Source of the DNA: a virus
Strand: one strand, 5' to 3'
Length of the DNA stretch: 64,000 nucleotides
Virus record (IMG/VR): IMGVR_UViG_3300045588_000033
Coordinates: 1-64,000 of that record
This document shows, piece by piece, positions 35,744 through 46,040 of this stretch. The notes beneath the pieces are model-generated. The model was given only the letters and a program-made list of their open reading frames with translations. It ran no database searches and was not told the origin of the DNA. The position numbers and the translations under genes are program-made. The first letter of the stretch is position 1, and the number at the start of each line of letters is the position of its first letter.

Positions 35744-36567
35744 TGTACGCAGGAAAAACAGTTTCTTATAAAGCAATCCTTGATAAATGTATCAGGGATT
35801 TCGGCTTTAACTATGATATCCACGAAGAAGAAGGAATAGAATGGTTAGCAGAATTTATGGCACACACTAATGTAGGCGTGACTATGGAGGAAAAGATTGC
35901 TTATGTTGAATCTTGTGACGGTAGAGCAGACTTGCCATTTGACTTATATAAAATAGGCCAAGTAGCTCACATGGAAGGAATAACAACAATAGAAGAAGCT
36001 GAATGCGGGCACGGTAGAATGTATCCAATGCGTTGGAAAACAGATTACTTCCACAAAAGATATCACAAAGATACTAGAGACTATACTACCGAAGGTAGAG
36101 AAACTTACACTGTAGGTCAAGGATACATTTTCCCATCTTTTAATAAAGGTATTATGGCGATGAGTTATTCGGCTATACCTACAGACGATTGTGGCTATCC
36201 TACTATTCCTGCAGAACAACAATGGATGGAAGCAGGAGCTCACTATATTGCTCATAAAATAGCAAGAAAACTTTGGTTACGTAACGAATTATCGGGAGAT
36301 AAATTCCAAATTATAGAACGAGATAAAGAATGGTACTTTGCTCAAGCAGTAAACCATGCTAAACAATGGAACGGTGTTGATGAAGCAGAAAGTGTTAAGA
36401 ACAGTGTAGTAAGAACTATACCTGATTTACAGGCGCATGCTTCTTTCTTTGCTAATATGCAATTGCCAGAACAAAGAAAGTTTAGACCGAAAGCAGGTAC
36501 AGGTTTAGTATCTACTATTAACGTATTAACTCAGAATGCACAAGGAAGTAACCCAGCTACTACATAA
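35743..36567 (+). CDS. Tail tubular/ring protein (P22 gp4-like)
   Basis: 274 aa; GRADLP, Y.AIPTD..GYP.IP motifs; synteny. Confidence 0.75.
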   Translation: MYAGKTVSYKAILDKCIRDFGFNYDIHEEEGIEWLAEFMAHTNVGVTMEEKIAYVESCDGRADLPFDLYKIGQVAHMEGITTIEEAECGHGRMYPMRWKTDYFHKRYHKDTRDYTTEGRETYTVGQGYIFPSFNKGIMAMSYSAIPTDDCGYPTIPAEQQWMEAGAHYIAHKIARKLWLRNELSGDKFQIIERDKEWYFAQAVNHAKQWNGVDEAESVKNSVVRTIPDLQAHASFFANMQLPEQRKFRPKAGTGLVSTINVLTQNAQGSNPATT

Positions 36568-39500
36568 TGGAAAGACACATAAATACATACCAAGGATTAA
36601 ATAAAGATACTGCTTATGATAGTATACAATCTGAATTATATATTGATGCCAAAGATATTAGGATAACTACTACTAATGGAGAATCTATGGGAGCCTTTAC
36701 TAACATTAAAGGTAACCAAGAAGCTTTTACTATTCCTAATGCCTACGGAGCAGGTCTACCTTTTGGACCATGGGCAGCTGTAGGAATCCCTCAAATAATA
36801 GGATACACTACTATAAGAAATAGGATAGTATTATTTGTAGCAGATGATTCAGAGGCAAACGGTTGGATTTATGTAGTTGAATATAATACAGCTACCAGAG
36901 AAATACTTCCTGGATTTCCAGTATTAAAATATTATAGTCCAATCTTAAACTTTAGTAAGAAATGGCCAATAGAAGCATTAGGTCTATATGAATCTAACTG
37001 CATTCAAAAAGTATATTGGACAGATTACAATAATTACTTTAGAAGTATTAATTTAGAAGATGCTAACTTACTTACATTCCCAGCTTCTTCTGTAGATATT
37101 TTTCCAGACATTACTTATACTCAACCGCTTTTAAAAGTAATAGCAGGTGGGGGAATAGGTGTGTATGCGGGTGAGTACCAAGTAGCTTATAGATTAATTA
37201 CATCTGATGGTAAAGAAACTTTAGTTTCTCCTCCAAGTAATTTAGTACATGTTGTTTCCGATTCGGAAACTACTCAATCTGCTTTTTACAACGGAGATTT
37301 AAATGCTACAATAGATACAGGTAAAAGTTTAAGTTTCCAAGTAGATACAAGTAACTACGGAGATTTTAATGAAATAGAATTTATAGTAATATATCATTCT
37401 TCTCAAGTATCATCGCCTGTAGTTAATAGTATAGAAAAGATAAGTATAAATAATCAAACTACTATTAGTTTTACTTATACAGGAAATGAAGGAGCTATAG
37501 TACCTATTGAATTATTAACATTTACAGCTAAGAATAATCCATTTAAAACTCCTAAAACAATTACTCCTAAAGATAGTTCTTTAGTAATTGCTAATATTAA
37601 AAGTTCTACTGTATCTATAGCAAGTTTATTAGGGCCTAATGAAACTTTTGATTCTAGAACTAATAGATTCTTAAATGACGGAGTAACTTTGCCACATCCA
37701 CTAACAGGTAATCCAGAACAAATAGATGAAGCTAAAACTAAGAATGCTTTTAATGTATCTGTGGATCCTTCTTATAGTGCTAAACCATCTATAGGATTTA
37801 ACTCAGATGCGCATTGGGATACTGAATGGCAAACTGCAAAGCAATTTAAATATAAAATTGATGGAGCTACTTTAGGAGGAGATGGTCCTAATATTTCTTA
37901 TGAATTTCATTTAGAAGCTTTTACTTTAGACTCCGCTGTCCCAGGATTCTCAGAAGGAATTCCTACTGTTCCAAATACTCCAGATTTTGTATTAACTCAT
38001 AATCTTAATGACGGTTATGGTACTTACGAGAATACTACTTACCCTAATTTTGCCTCTCCGTTTTTATCGGGGCTAATGCGGGGTTATAAACGGGGGGAAA
38101 CTTATCGTTTTGGTATAGTACTGTATACTACTAAAGGAGAAGCTACTTTTGTAGAATACATTGGCGACATCAAGTTTCCAGATATTTCAGAAAGAAACAG
38201 CACTGAAACTATTCCAGGGACTGGGATAAACTATTGGCCATTATCCTTATCTCCTGCGGATACGGCACAACCACGTACTGTCGGATACTCATTAGGAATA
38301 AAATTTAATATAGATTTTTCTAGTTGTCCTTTATTAGAATCTCAAATAGAAAGTTATCAAATAGTAAGAGTACAAAGACAAGATGCCGATAAGCGCAGAT
38401 ATTCTCAAGGTTTAGTAAAAGGATTTTATTTTGCTCCTATTTTAGAAGGTGATGCAGAAGATTTTAATTTACAAATAAATGGCAGCAGCAATGCCTTACA
38501 TTTATATCCTTATTATCCAGTAGATAGTGGGACTAATTTATCTAATGCTACTTTTGCCACTCTAGAAGATCAAGAATACGATCCTTCTCCTTATACTCCT
38601 GTATATGCAGATTATAAAGTTAAAGGACAATACTTAGGGTTTTATTCCCCAGATTTATCATTTAAATTTGGAGATAGTAATACCGCAATGACAGCTTTAA
38701 GCAACAACCCTTGTATGCTAGTAACAGGAGCTTACTACGACTACATGAACTCTTATATTCCAATAGGTGGAAGAGATTTTTCTGCACAAGGTTTGGGACA
38801 ACATTGTTTTGATCAAAGATTAACTTCCAGAAGTACTTATCCAACTAGTTTTAATAGTATAGAAAATATTAAACAATTTGCAGATTTAACTTATATGCAA
38901 ATGCCTGATACTGCTAGCTATGAAAACAGTGTTACTTCTGATTACGGAGGATCTTATATGCGCAATTATTACGCAATAGATGATTACAATAAAAAACCTG
39001 ATGTAAATTTAAATAAACCACAGGATGGTGCTTCTAATACAGATGTGCCTACTATAAATAAAGCTGGAACAAGTATTATTGGAAGAATTAAAAGGATTAC
39101 TATAGACCCTTTAATAGGTACATCCGTAACTCCTTCTGCTTTCGATTATTTTAAAGCCCCTTATACAAATTATATACACGTCAAGACTATAACTTCAGGT
39201 GCGCCTAATATCGGTATATCAGATTCTACTTTTCCTATTATAGATTATGTACTTCCTAAAAGTGAGGTGTACGGAGGATATAATCAAAGTGCGTTAGAAA
39301 CTAATATCTTCATAGGAGCTTCACCTGTAATAGCTAAAACAAATCTTAATCCTAAAGTATTTGGTGGAGATATTTTTGTAAACATGTTTACGCTACAGAC
39401 ACAGACTGTTGATTTTAATACAGACTTTTATGCTGATAATAAATATCACCAAGATAATACTGAGACACAAGCTTACCCAGTAGAAACACAATTAAATTTA

Positions 39501-40961
39501 GAATTAGCTGCAGGATCTACTTTAAGAACAGAAGTTAAATATACTTTTAGTGGCGAACAACAAACGCACTTTAGACAAGAAACAGAAAATTCTTTTACTA
39601 ATTACGGTAAGACTAGTTCATTAATGTATGCTTATAATAATGTTTACTCTAGAGATAACTACGATGTAACTTTCTTTATAGAACCTGTCAACGGCAATAA
39701 CTGTTCTATAAAAGTAAATGATGTTAGGGCTTATTTATCTAGTGTAAAAATTAATGGTGAGACTATAGATTCTTGGACAAAGTTTGGTGCTAATAATTAT
39801 TATGATATAGATGACTACGGTCCTATTAATAAAATAATTAACTGGAAAGACACTGTGCATTTTGTGCAAGATAGGGGGATAGGAATTTACGCTATTAATA
39901 GAGCTGCCGTAACTACTACTGCTGACGGAGTTCCTACTCAACTAGGTACAGGATTAGGTTTTGGTAAGCATCAATATTTTTCTAAAGAAAATGGATCTAT
40001 TCACCAATGGGGAGTTAAGACTACTAATTCGGGTTTATACATATTTGATGCTATTAGAAGAAAATTACTAGTAGGTGTTGGCGGAGGGCAGTTAACTATG
40101 TTATCGGAGATAACAGGTTTACATTCATTATTTCAACAATTGCCTGAAACTACTTTTTTACGTAAAGAAAATGATGGAGATAATCCTATATTAGGAAAAG
40201 GAATTACTATTGGAAAAGACCCTATTAATGATGAGGTTATATTTACTTTCTTAGAAGAAGCTAACTATTTAACTTTAGGTTTAAATACTACTTACCTAGT
40301 AGGAAGTGTTATTTATCTAGGAGAAGGTTACGGATATGTTGAAGTAACTACTCAATTTACTACAGGAAGTAATAAACTATTAAATATAGGAATTGCTTTA
40401 GCAAACTCCGTTGCTTATACTCCTAAAAATGTTTCTATAGTATACGATGAATTAGCACAAAAATTCTCTTCTATATATTCAGCAACTCCTACACTGTGGA
40501 TAGACAACGGTGATATATTATTAAGTCCTAATCCAACAGCCAATAATGTAATCTATACTCACAATATAGGAAACTACGGAGAATTTTATGATAATGTAGA
40601 AGAAGCTTCTGTTACATTAGTAATTAATCCGCAGGCAGATATTAATAAAATACTAAGAACATTAGAATTTAATTCTATCGTCAGAGATGATGCTAAAGTA
40701 ATTGACAGAAATATCACTATTACAGCATTTAGAATACAAACACAAGTACAGGATACAGGTAAGGTATTATTTTCATCAGGTAGAATTAAACGTAAATTTG
40801 ATAAATGGAGAGTTAAAATTCCTAGAGATATAAACACAACTAATCAAAAAGGACGTTTAAGAAGTTCACATTTTATTGTAACTTTATACTTTGACAATAC
40901 GGCAAACAAACAACTTATAATGAATCGTTTAATGTCTTACTTCGATTATCAGATATTCTAA
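36567..40961 (+). CDS. Tail stabilisation/muzzle protein (P22 gp10-like)
   Basis: 1464 aa; GLNKD N-terminus, GYKRGETYRFGIV, FGGDIFV, YGPINKI, RKFDKWR motifs. Confidence 0.85.
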   Translation: MERHINTYQGLNKDTAYDSIQSELYIDAKDIRITTTNGESMGAFTNIKGNQEAFTIPNAYGAGLPFGPWAAVGIPQIIGYTTIRNRIVLFVADDSEANGWIYVVEYNTATREILPGFPVLKYYSPILNFSKKWPIEALGLYESNCIQKVYWTDYNNYFRSINLEDANLLTFPASSVDIFPDITYTQPLLKVIAGGGIGVYAGEYQVAYRLITSDGKETLVSPPSNLVHVVSDSETTQSAFYNGDLNATIDTGKSLSFQVDTSNYGDFNEIEFIVIYHSSQVSSPVVNSIEKISINNQTTISFTYTGNEGAIVPIELLTFTAKNNPFKTPKTITPKDSSLVIANIKSSTVSIASLLGPNETFDSRTNRFLNDGVTLPHPLTGNPEQIDEAKTKNAFNVSVDPSYSAKPSIGFNSDAHWDTEWQTAKQFKYKIDGATLGGDGPNISYEFHLEAFTLDSAVPGFSEGIPTVPNTPDFVLTHNLNDGYGTYENTTYPNFASPFLSGLMRGYKRGETYRFGIVLYTTKGEATFVEYIGDIKFPDISERNSTETIPGTGINYWPLSLSPADTAQPRTVGYSLGIKFNIDFSSCPLLESQIESYQIVRVQRQDADKRRYSQGLVKGFYFAPILEGDAEDFNLQINGSSNALHLYPYYPVDSGTNLSNATFATLEDQEYDPSPYTPVYADYKVKGQYLGFYSPDLSFKFGDSNTAMTALSNNPCMLVTGAYYDYMNSYIPIGGRDFSAQGLGQHCFDQRLTSRSTYPTSFNSIENIKQFADLTYMQMPDTASYENSVTSDYGGSYMRNYYAIDDYNKKPDVNLNKPQDGASNTDVPTINKAGTSIIGRIKRITIDPLIGTSVTPSAFDYFKAPYTNYIHVKTITSGAPNIGISDSTFPIIDYVLPKSEVYGGYNQSALETNIFIGASPVIAKTNLNPKVFGGDIFVNMFTLQTQTVDFNTDFYADNKYHQDNTETQAYPVETQLNLELAAGSTLRTEVKYTFSGEQQTHFRQETENSFTNYGKTSSLMYAYNNVYSRDNYDVTFFIEPVNGNNCSIKVNDVRAYLSSVKINGETIDSWTKFGANNYYDIDDYGPINKIINWKDTVHFVQDRGIGIYAINRAAVTTTADGVPTQLGTGLGFGKHQYFSKENGSIHQWGVKTTNSGLYIFDAIRRKLLVGVGGGQLTMLSEITGLHSLFQQLPETTFLRKENDGDNPILGKGITIGKDPINDEVIFTFLEEANYLTLGLNTTYLVGSVIYLGEGYGYVEVTTQFTTGSNKLLNIGIALANSVAYTPKNVSIVYDELAQKFSSIYSATPTLWIDNGDILLSPNPTANNVIYTHNIGNYGEFYDNVEEASVTLVINPQADINKILRTLEFNSIVRDDAKVIDRNITITAFRIQTQVQDTGKVLFSSGRIKRKFDKWRVKIPRDINTTNQKGRLRSSHFIVTLYFDNTANKQLIMNRLMSYFDYQIF

Positions 40962-41803
40962 TGAAAAAAACTCCTAAAAATATACCAAGCCCTTATAAGT
41001 TCCCAGGTACACCTATCTTTAGAGATACTACTGCTTTACCTTTTGCTGACGGAGGCCCATTAAACGATAGGACTAATCATGGTGAAATATTAAACAGTGT
41101 TTATGCATCTGCTTTAGGTAATTACTATGCAAATGGAGGAATGCTTAAAAGAGCAGATGGTTCTTATTCTCCTCGTGGATTATGGGATAATATTAGAGCT
41201 AATGCTGGGTCTGGAAAAGCGCCTACTAAAGAAATGTTAGCGCAAGAAAAAAAGATTAGTAGAAACTATAAAGACGGAGGACAATTTCAAGGTAATTATT
41301 CTTTACCTGAAGATAGTTTTAGACAAGGAGGAAATAATTTACACGATAGTATTTATGCATCTTCTCCTCAACAGTACCCAGGGATTTATAATTTAGGAGG
41401 TAATTTAGATGATAGACAACAAATGTATATGCCACTTGACCATGTTACTCGTAACGGTGGAAGTATACTATCAATGTCTAATACTCCACAAATGGAAGGA
41501 GAAGGAAAAGATTTGACTTATCCTGAAGATTCTTATACTTATGCTGATGGAGGACCTTTATATACTTATGCAGGCAGACCTGGAGCTAAGTATCAAAAAG
41601 ATACTCAAGGAAATTGGTTAATAAATACAAGTGGAGAAGAATTTACTCCTATAAAAGACCCGACAGGAAAGAGAAGTGCAATCTTAAATAAGAATGCTAC
41701 TATTTATACAAATCCTGCTAAGTTTAAAAGAGAGTATGATCCTTTGTTAGATATTCCTGCTGCTTTATCAAATCCTGAACAAGAAAAACCTAAAGGATTA
41801 TAA
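40961..41803 (+). CDS. Internal virion (cargo) protein with [YF]xxGG repeats
   Basis: 280 aa with FADGG, YANGG, YKDGG, FRQGG, YNLGG, YADGG. Confidence 0.65.
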   Translation: MKKTPKNIPSPYKFPGTPIFRDTTALPFADGGPLNDRTNHGEILNSVYASALGNYYANGGMLKRADGSYSPRGLWDNIRANAGSGKAPTKEMLAQEKKISRNYKDGGQFQGNYSLPEDSFRQGGNNLHDSIYASSPQQYPGIYNLGGNLDDRQQMYMPLDHVTRNGGSILSMSNTPQMEGEGKDLTYPEDSYTYADGGPLYTYAGRPGAKYQKDTQGNWLINTSGEEFTPIKDPTGKRSAILNKNATIYTNPAKFKREYDPLLDIPAALSNPEQEKPKGL

Positions 41804-41853
41804 TATTAAAAAAATAAATAAAAAATTGTATCTTTACACATAAAATTGCGTAT

Positions 41854-44800
41854 ATGTCTGATAATTTAACTTACGGTGATATTCCTCCTCAAATACAGCA
41901 GTATTTGGCTAGGCCTGGTGTTAATAAACAAAAGGCTTTAGAATGGTTTAATTTAGGTATATCTGAACCACAGACATATAACCAAGCTAAGTTATTAGCA
42001 GAAGCTGTTGGTAATTCTCCTGAGCAAGCAAAAGTAGTTGCAGGACAATGGCAATTAGAATCAGGAGGCGGTGCTAGCGTAGGTGCTAATTATAATTATT
42101 TTGGTATTAAATCACACGATAAAGCTACAAGAGATAAGTTAAGTGCGAGAGGTATAGCAGTAACTGCAGGAGCAGAAACAGGAACAGGTGAAGTTTTTGG
42201 CGGTAAGAAAGTAAAACAACAATCTAGTTTCATGGAGTTTCCTAGTTCTTTTGATGCTTTTCAAGCTCATAGAGTATTCTTAGAAACAAATCCTAGATAT
42301 GAAGGAGCCTTAGCAGCAGAGACTGCTAAAGATTTTGCCCTAGGTTTAGAAGCAGCTGGCTATGCTACTGCTCCTAATTATGGCAGCACTTTGTATAATA
42401 GTTATGTAGCACCTAAAGAAAAAAGACCTGCTTCAGGTGATGTACGCCCAGCAAGTTTAGGTAAAACTAAATCTAAGTTAGGAACTTCTTTACCTAATCA
42501 GCAGCCTATAGTACTTCCAAGTATGCAAACTAAATCTCCTGAACTTATTACAGATACTTTAGGAGTTAGACCAGAAATTTCTACTAGCCCTTCTCAAGCT
42601 AATTATATTCCAGAAAACTCTGCACCAATAGTAATGCCTGAAAGTCAAGCTATGAAGTTGACTACTCCCGCAGGATGGTTCGGTAGTGGTAAAAGTATTT
42701 TTGCAAATGGAGGACATTTATATCCAGATGGAGGAAAAGTAGGTTCTTCAAGTGGCTATGCTGCATCTAGAAATCCTAATGCATGGAGAGCAGAGTATGC
42801 TCCTCTAAGTTATAATTATAATGACTATTTAAATTCTGTAGGATATAGAGTAGGAGTAAGTACTCCTAATGTTTTTCCTAATATATCAGGTAAAAAGTCT
42901 AGTAAAATAGATGCTAAATTTCCAGCATCTATAGACGTATATCAAGATTATCACGATAGTAGTAGAGCTTTTGAAAAAGATCCTACTAAATATAATATAC
43001 CTGGAGAATACGAAGGTATTAATACACCCACAGCTATTAATCCTCTTGATATAAGCCATATTCCCTATGAACGTGGAGTACGGCCTGCTAATTTAGGTAT
43101 TGAAGGTAGATTTGGCGTACATGGTTTACCTGGTTCTGCTAATGCAGAAGGCAGTAGAGTTAATGCAAGACTAGAGGCTATAGCAGGCTATAGTAAACAT
43201 AAAAAAGGATACGCAGGATTTGAACCAGGAGTAGATTGGAAATATAGTAAAAAAGATCCAGGAAATCTAAACGGTATGCTAAATACCAAAATAGGTGCAG
43301 GATGGCCTTTACAAGTTACTGGTAAAGCTCCTTATAGTTATGTAGACACTTATGCACCTAATGTGCCTGAAAATACAGCGCCAACTGATGTAGGCAAGTA
43401 TGAAGAAATATTAGGAAAGGGAGCTCCTAGTAGAATGCAGATGGGGCCTAAATTTACAGCTCAAGCAGATTTTACTGCTAGTAAAGGCCCGTTAAGAGGT
43501 GCTCAAATTGGTGCTAGAGGTAGTGCATTATTTGATTATAATTCAGGTGAAAATACTTATCATAGTGTAAACACTTTAAATTCCGATTCAACAGCAGTTC
43601 TAGGACAGGCAGGTAATGTAGATTTTGCAAGAAAGCAACCTATTTTAAATGCTGAGATATTTGGAAGTTACCCTATAAAAGCTGCTGCACAAAAATTAAA
43701 TATACAAGATAAAATAGCGGCAGCTAAAGAAAAAGACGATAGAATATTTAATGATGTTACTATAAGCGGCCCTAGTGGAAATATGGGGATGCCTAGTTTT
43801 AATAAAACAATACCAACAAATAATAATCCAGTTGGCGCTATGCCAGGATTCTCGCCAGAAACAAACTCACCTGTTTCTGAAGAATTTACACAAGAAAGAT
43901 ATAATACAAATCCTATGATGGAATATGCAAAAGGCGGCAACATGTACGCTAACGGAGGTTCTTTTAACAACAAAGGTTTTAGATCACTGCCTACTAATGT
44001 GCAGAATAAAATTAAATCTAACTCATTTGCTGATGGCGGTCCTATGGGACAGTTAACAGAATTTAATGGTGGAGGAACTCACGAAGAGAATCCATTAGGA
44101 GGAATACCTCAAGGTACAGCTCCTGACGGTGCTGTAAATTTAGTAGAGTCTGGTGAGACTAAATTAAATGCTGAGAATTATATTTTCTCTGACCAAATTA
44201 AAATAACAAAAGAAATTGCTAAAGAATTTAATCTTCCTGAGAAATTAGTAGGAAGAACTTACGCAGAAGCATCTAAGAAAGTTAACTATTCTGACTCTAG
44301 AAGAGAACCAGGATACGATACTATTCAAGATAATAGTAGCAAGAAGAATTTAGATACATTAATGCGAGGACAAGAACTTCAAAAACAAATGGAAGTTCAA
44401 AAAAAATTAGGAGAAATTCAATCTTTAGACCCTAATGCATTAGCACAAATAGCACAATCTTACCAACCACAAGGAATGCCTCCACAAGGAGGAGCTCCTC
44501 AAGGTATGGAACAAGAAATGCCTCAAGGACAACCATCTCCTGAAGAAATGGCGATGATGCAACAAGGTCAAGGACAACCTCCTATGGATCCAGCAATGAT
44601 GGAACAAATGATGGCTCAACAAGGAGGACAACCTATGACAATGCAATACGGAGGACCAATGTCCTATAAGTGTGGCGGTAATATGTATGACTTTGGTGGT
44701 ACTATGCGTACTATTGGTTCAGGTGCTTACGGTGTTGGTGAAGGTCTTTTAGATACTTTAACTATGGGAGCAACTGATGCTTTAACAGATAAAGGATACG

Positions 44801-46032
44801 AAGCTTTAAATAATATGGGCAATCTTTCCGATACAGAAAAAGAAAAAAATGCTTCTGTTAGAGGATTTAGTAATGCTGCTGGCGCTATAGGTGGAGCAGT
44901 TTTAACTGGTGGGGCTACTACAGGAGCTGCAATTTCTGAAGGTTCAGAAGGACTAGCTACGGGATTAACTGGTCTAAAAGGTACTAACGAAAAGTTTGAC
45001 AATATTGCAAACTCACTTGGACAAGTAGGTTCGATAGCAGGAGGTTTTGTAGGAGGAAATCCTAGTGAAGCTATGGGAGCAATGGCTGGAAGTAAAGGAG
45101 CAAATGCTTTAATGCAGTTAGGAAGTAATCCAATGGCAGGAAATATTGCTAATATGGGACAAATGGCTAGTAATTTTGCTGATGGCGGGCACTTATATCC
45201 TGGCAATTACCCAACCTATAAAGACAATGCTGGCCCAATGGGACAACCATTAACTAATATGTACGCAGGTGGTGGATATAAAGAAGAGGATATCTATAGT
45301 CCTGACCCTAATTCAATAGTTACAGATGATACCTTAGCGCAGGAAGCTTATGATGCAAAAAATTATTTAGCAGGATTACCGAATCCTGATGGATCTTATA
45401 GTCCTATTTCAGGATTTAAAACTGATCAATCTACTACAAATATGCCTTCTGGATATACAGAAAATCTAGGAACTTATGCTGCAGGCATGGCTCCTATTAT
45501 CTATAATGCTTATCAAGGATTCTTAGCTAAAAAATCACCTTTGCCGAGTATTGAATCCATGACTGCTAGTTATGATCCTTACCGACAAAATATAGCACCA
45601 CAGTTAACAGCTGCAGATAGAGCTTTAGCAACTAGTCAACGTGCTGCTAAAGATGTTGCATCTGGAGGTGGGAGTTATATGGCTAACATGCAAAATTCTG
45701 CTAATCAATATAGAGATTATATTGATGAAGTAACTACAGGGAGAGAAAATGCTTACGGCCTTGCTAAACAAGAAGCTGACAAGTATAAAAATAAAAACAA
45801 AGTAGATGCTACTATGGCTAGATGGCAATTAGAAGCGCAGATGAAAGCTGCTAGACAAGAACATCAAAAAGAAGCATTATCGGGTATTAAATCTTATAGT
45901 GACGCACAAAAACAAAATGCTTTAGCAAGTGATTTTAATACAATGGCTGGTGAAGGTAATTATAGTTATGTTTACACTCCTTATTTAAAATCTTTGCAAG
46001 AAAAAAATAAAGGAAAGAAATCTAATAAATAA
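41854..46032 (+). CDS. Cargo/ejection protein with N-terminal GH73 (FlgJ-like glucosaminidase) domain and [YF]xxGG repeats
   Basis: QWQLESG...NYFGIK...GYATAPNY; GGTHEENPLGGIP; Q/M-rich linker; glycine-zipper hydrophobic segment. Confidence 0.75.
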   Translation: MSDNLTYGDIPPQIQQYLARPGVNKQKALEWFNLGISEPQTYNQAKLLAEAVGNSPEQAKVVAGQWQLESGGGASVGANYNYFGIKSHDKATRDKLSARGIAVTAGAETGTGEVFGGKKVKQQSSFMEFPSSFDAFQAHRVFLETNPRYEGALAAETAKDFALGLEAAGYATAPNYGSTLYNSYVAPKEKRPASGDVRPASLGKTKSKLGTSLPNQQPIVLPSMQTKSPELITDTLGVRPEISTSPSQANYIPENSAPIVMPESQAMKLTTPAGWFGSGKSIFANGGHLYPDGGKVGSSSGYAASRNPNAWRAEYAPLSYNYNDYLNSVGYRVGVSTPNVFPNISGKKSSKIDAKFPASIDVYQDYHDSSRAFEKDPTKYNIPGEYEGINTPTAINPLDISHIPYERGVRPANLGIEGRFGVHGLPGSANAEGSRVNARLEAIAGYSKHKKGYAGFEPGVDWKYSKKDPGNLNGMLNTKIGAGWPLQVTGKAPYSYVDTYAPNVPENTAPTDVGKYEEILGKGAPSRMQMGPKFTAQADFTASKGPLRGAQIGARGSALFDYNSGENTYHSVNTLNSDSTAVLGQAGNVDFARKQPILNAEIFGSYPIKAAAQKLNIQDKIAAAKEKDDRIFNDVTISGPSGNMGMPSFNKTIPTNNNPVGAMPGFSPETNSPVSEEFTQERYNTNPMMEYAKGGNMYANGGSFNNKGFRSLPTNVQNKIKSNSFADGGPMGQLTEFNGGGTHEENPLGGIPQGTAPDGAVNLVESGETKLNAENYIFSDQIKITKEIAKEFNLPEKLVGRTYAEASKKVNYSDSRREPGYDTIQDNSSKKNLDTLMRGQELQKQMEVQKKLGEIQSLDPNALAQIAQSYQPQGMPPQGGAPQGMEQEMPQGQPSPEEMAMMQQGQGQPPMDPAMMEQMMAQQGGQPMTMQYGGPMSYKCGGNMYDFGGTMRTIGSGAYGVGEGLLDTLTMGATDALTDKGYEALNNMGNLSDTEKEKNASVRGFSNAAGAIGGAVLTGGATTGAAISEGSEGLATGLTGLKGTNEKFDNIANSLGQVGSIAGGFVGGNPSEAMGAMAGSKGANALMQLGSNPMAGNIANMGQMASNFADGGHLYPGNYPTYKDNAGPMGQPLTNMYAGGGYKEEDIYSPDPNSIVTDDTLAQEAYDAKNYLAGLPNPDGSYSPISGFKTDQSTTNMPSGYTENLGTYAAGMAPIIYNAYQGFLAKKSPLPSIESMTASYDPYRQNIAPQLTAADRALATSQRAAKDVASGGGSYMANMQNSANQYRDYIDEVTTGRENAYGLAKQEADKYKNKNKVDATMARWQLEAQMKAARQEHQKEALSGIKSYSDAQKQNALASDFNTMAGEGNYSYVYTPYLKSLQEKNKGKKSNK

Positions 46033-46040
46033 GATTAATT

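Noticed and set aside
44460-44650. Q/M/P/G-rich stretch as a DNA repeat element
   Set aside because: Low-complexity in-frame protein linker with no regular nucleotide period
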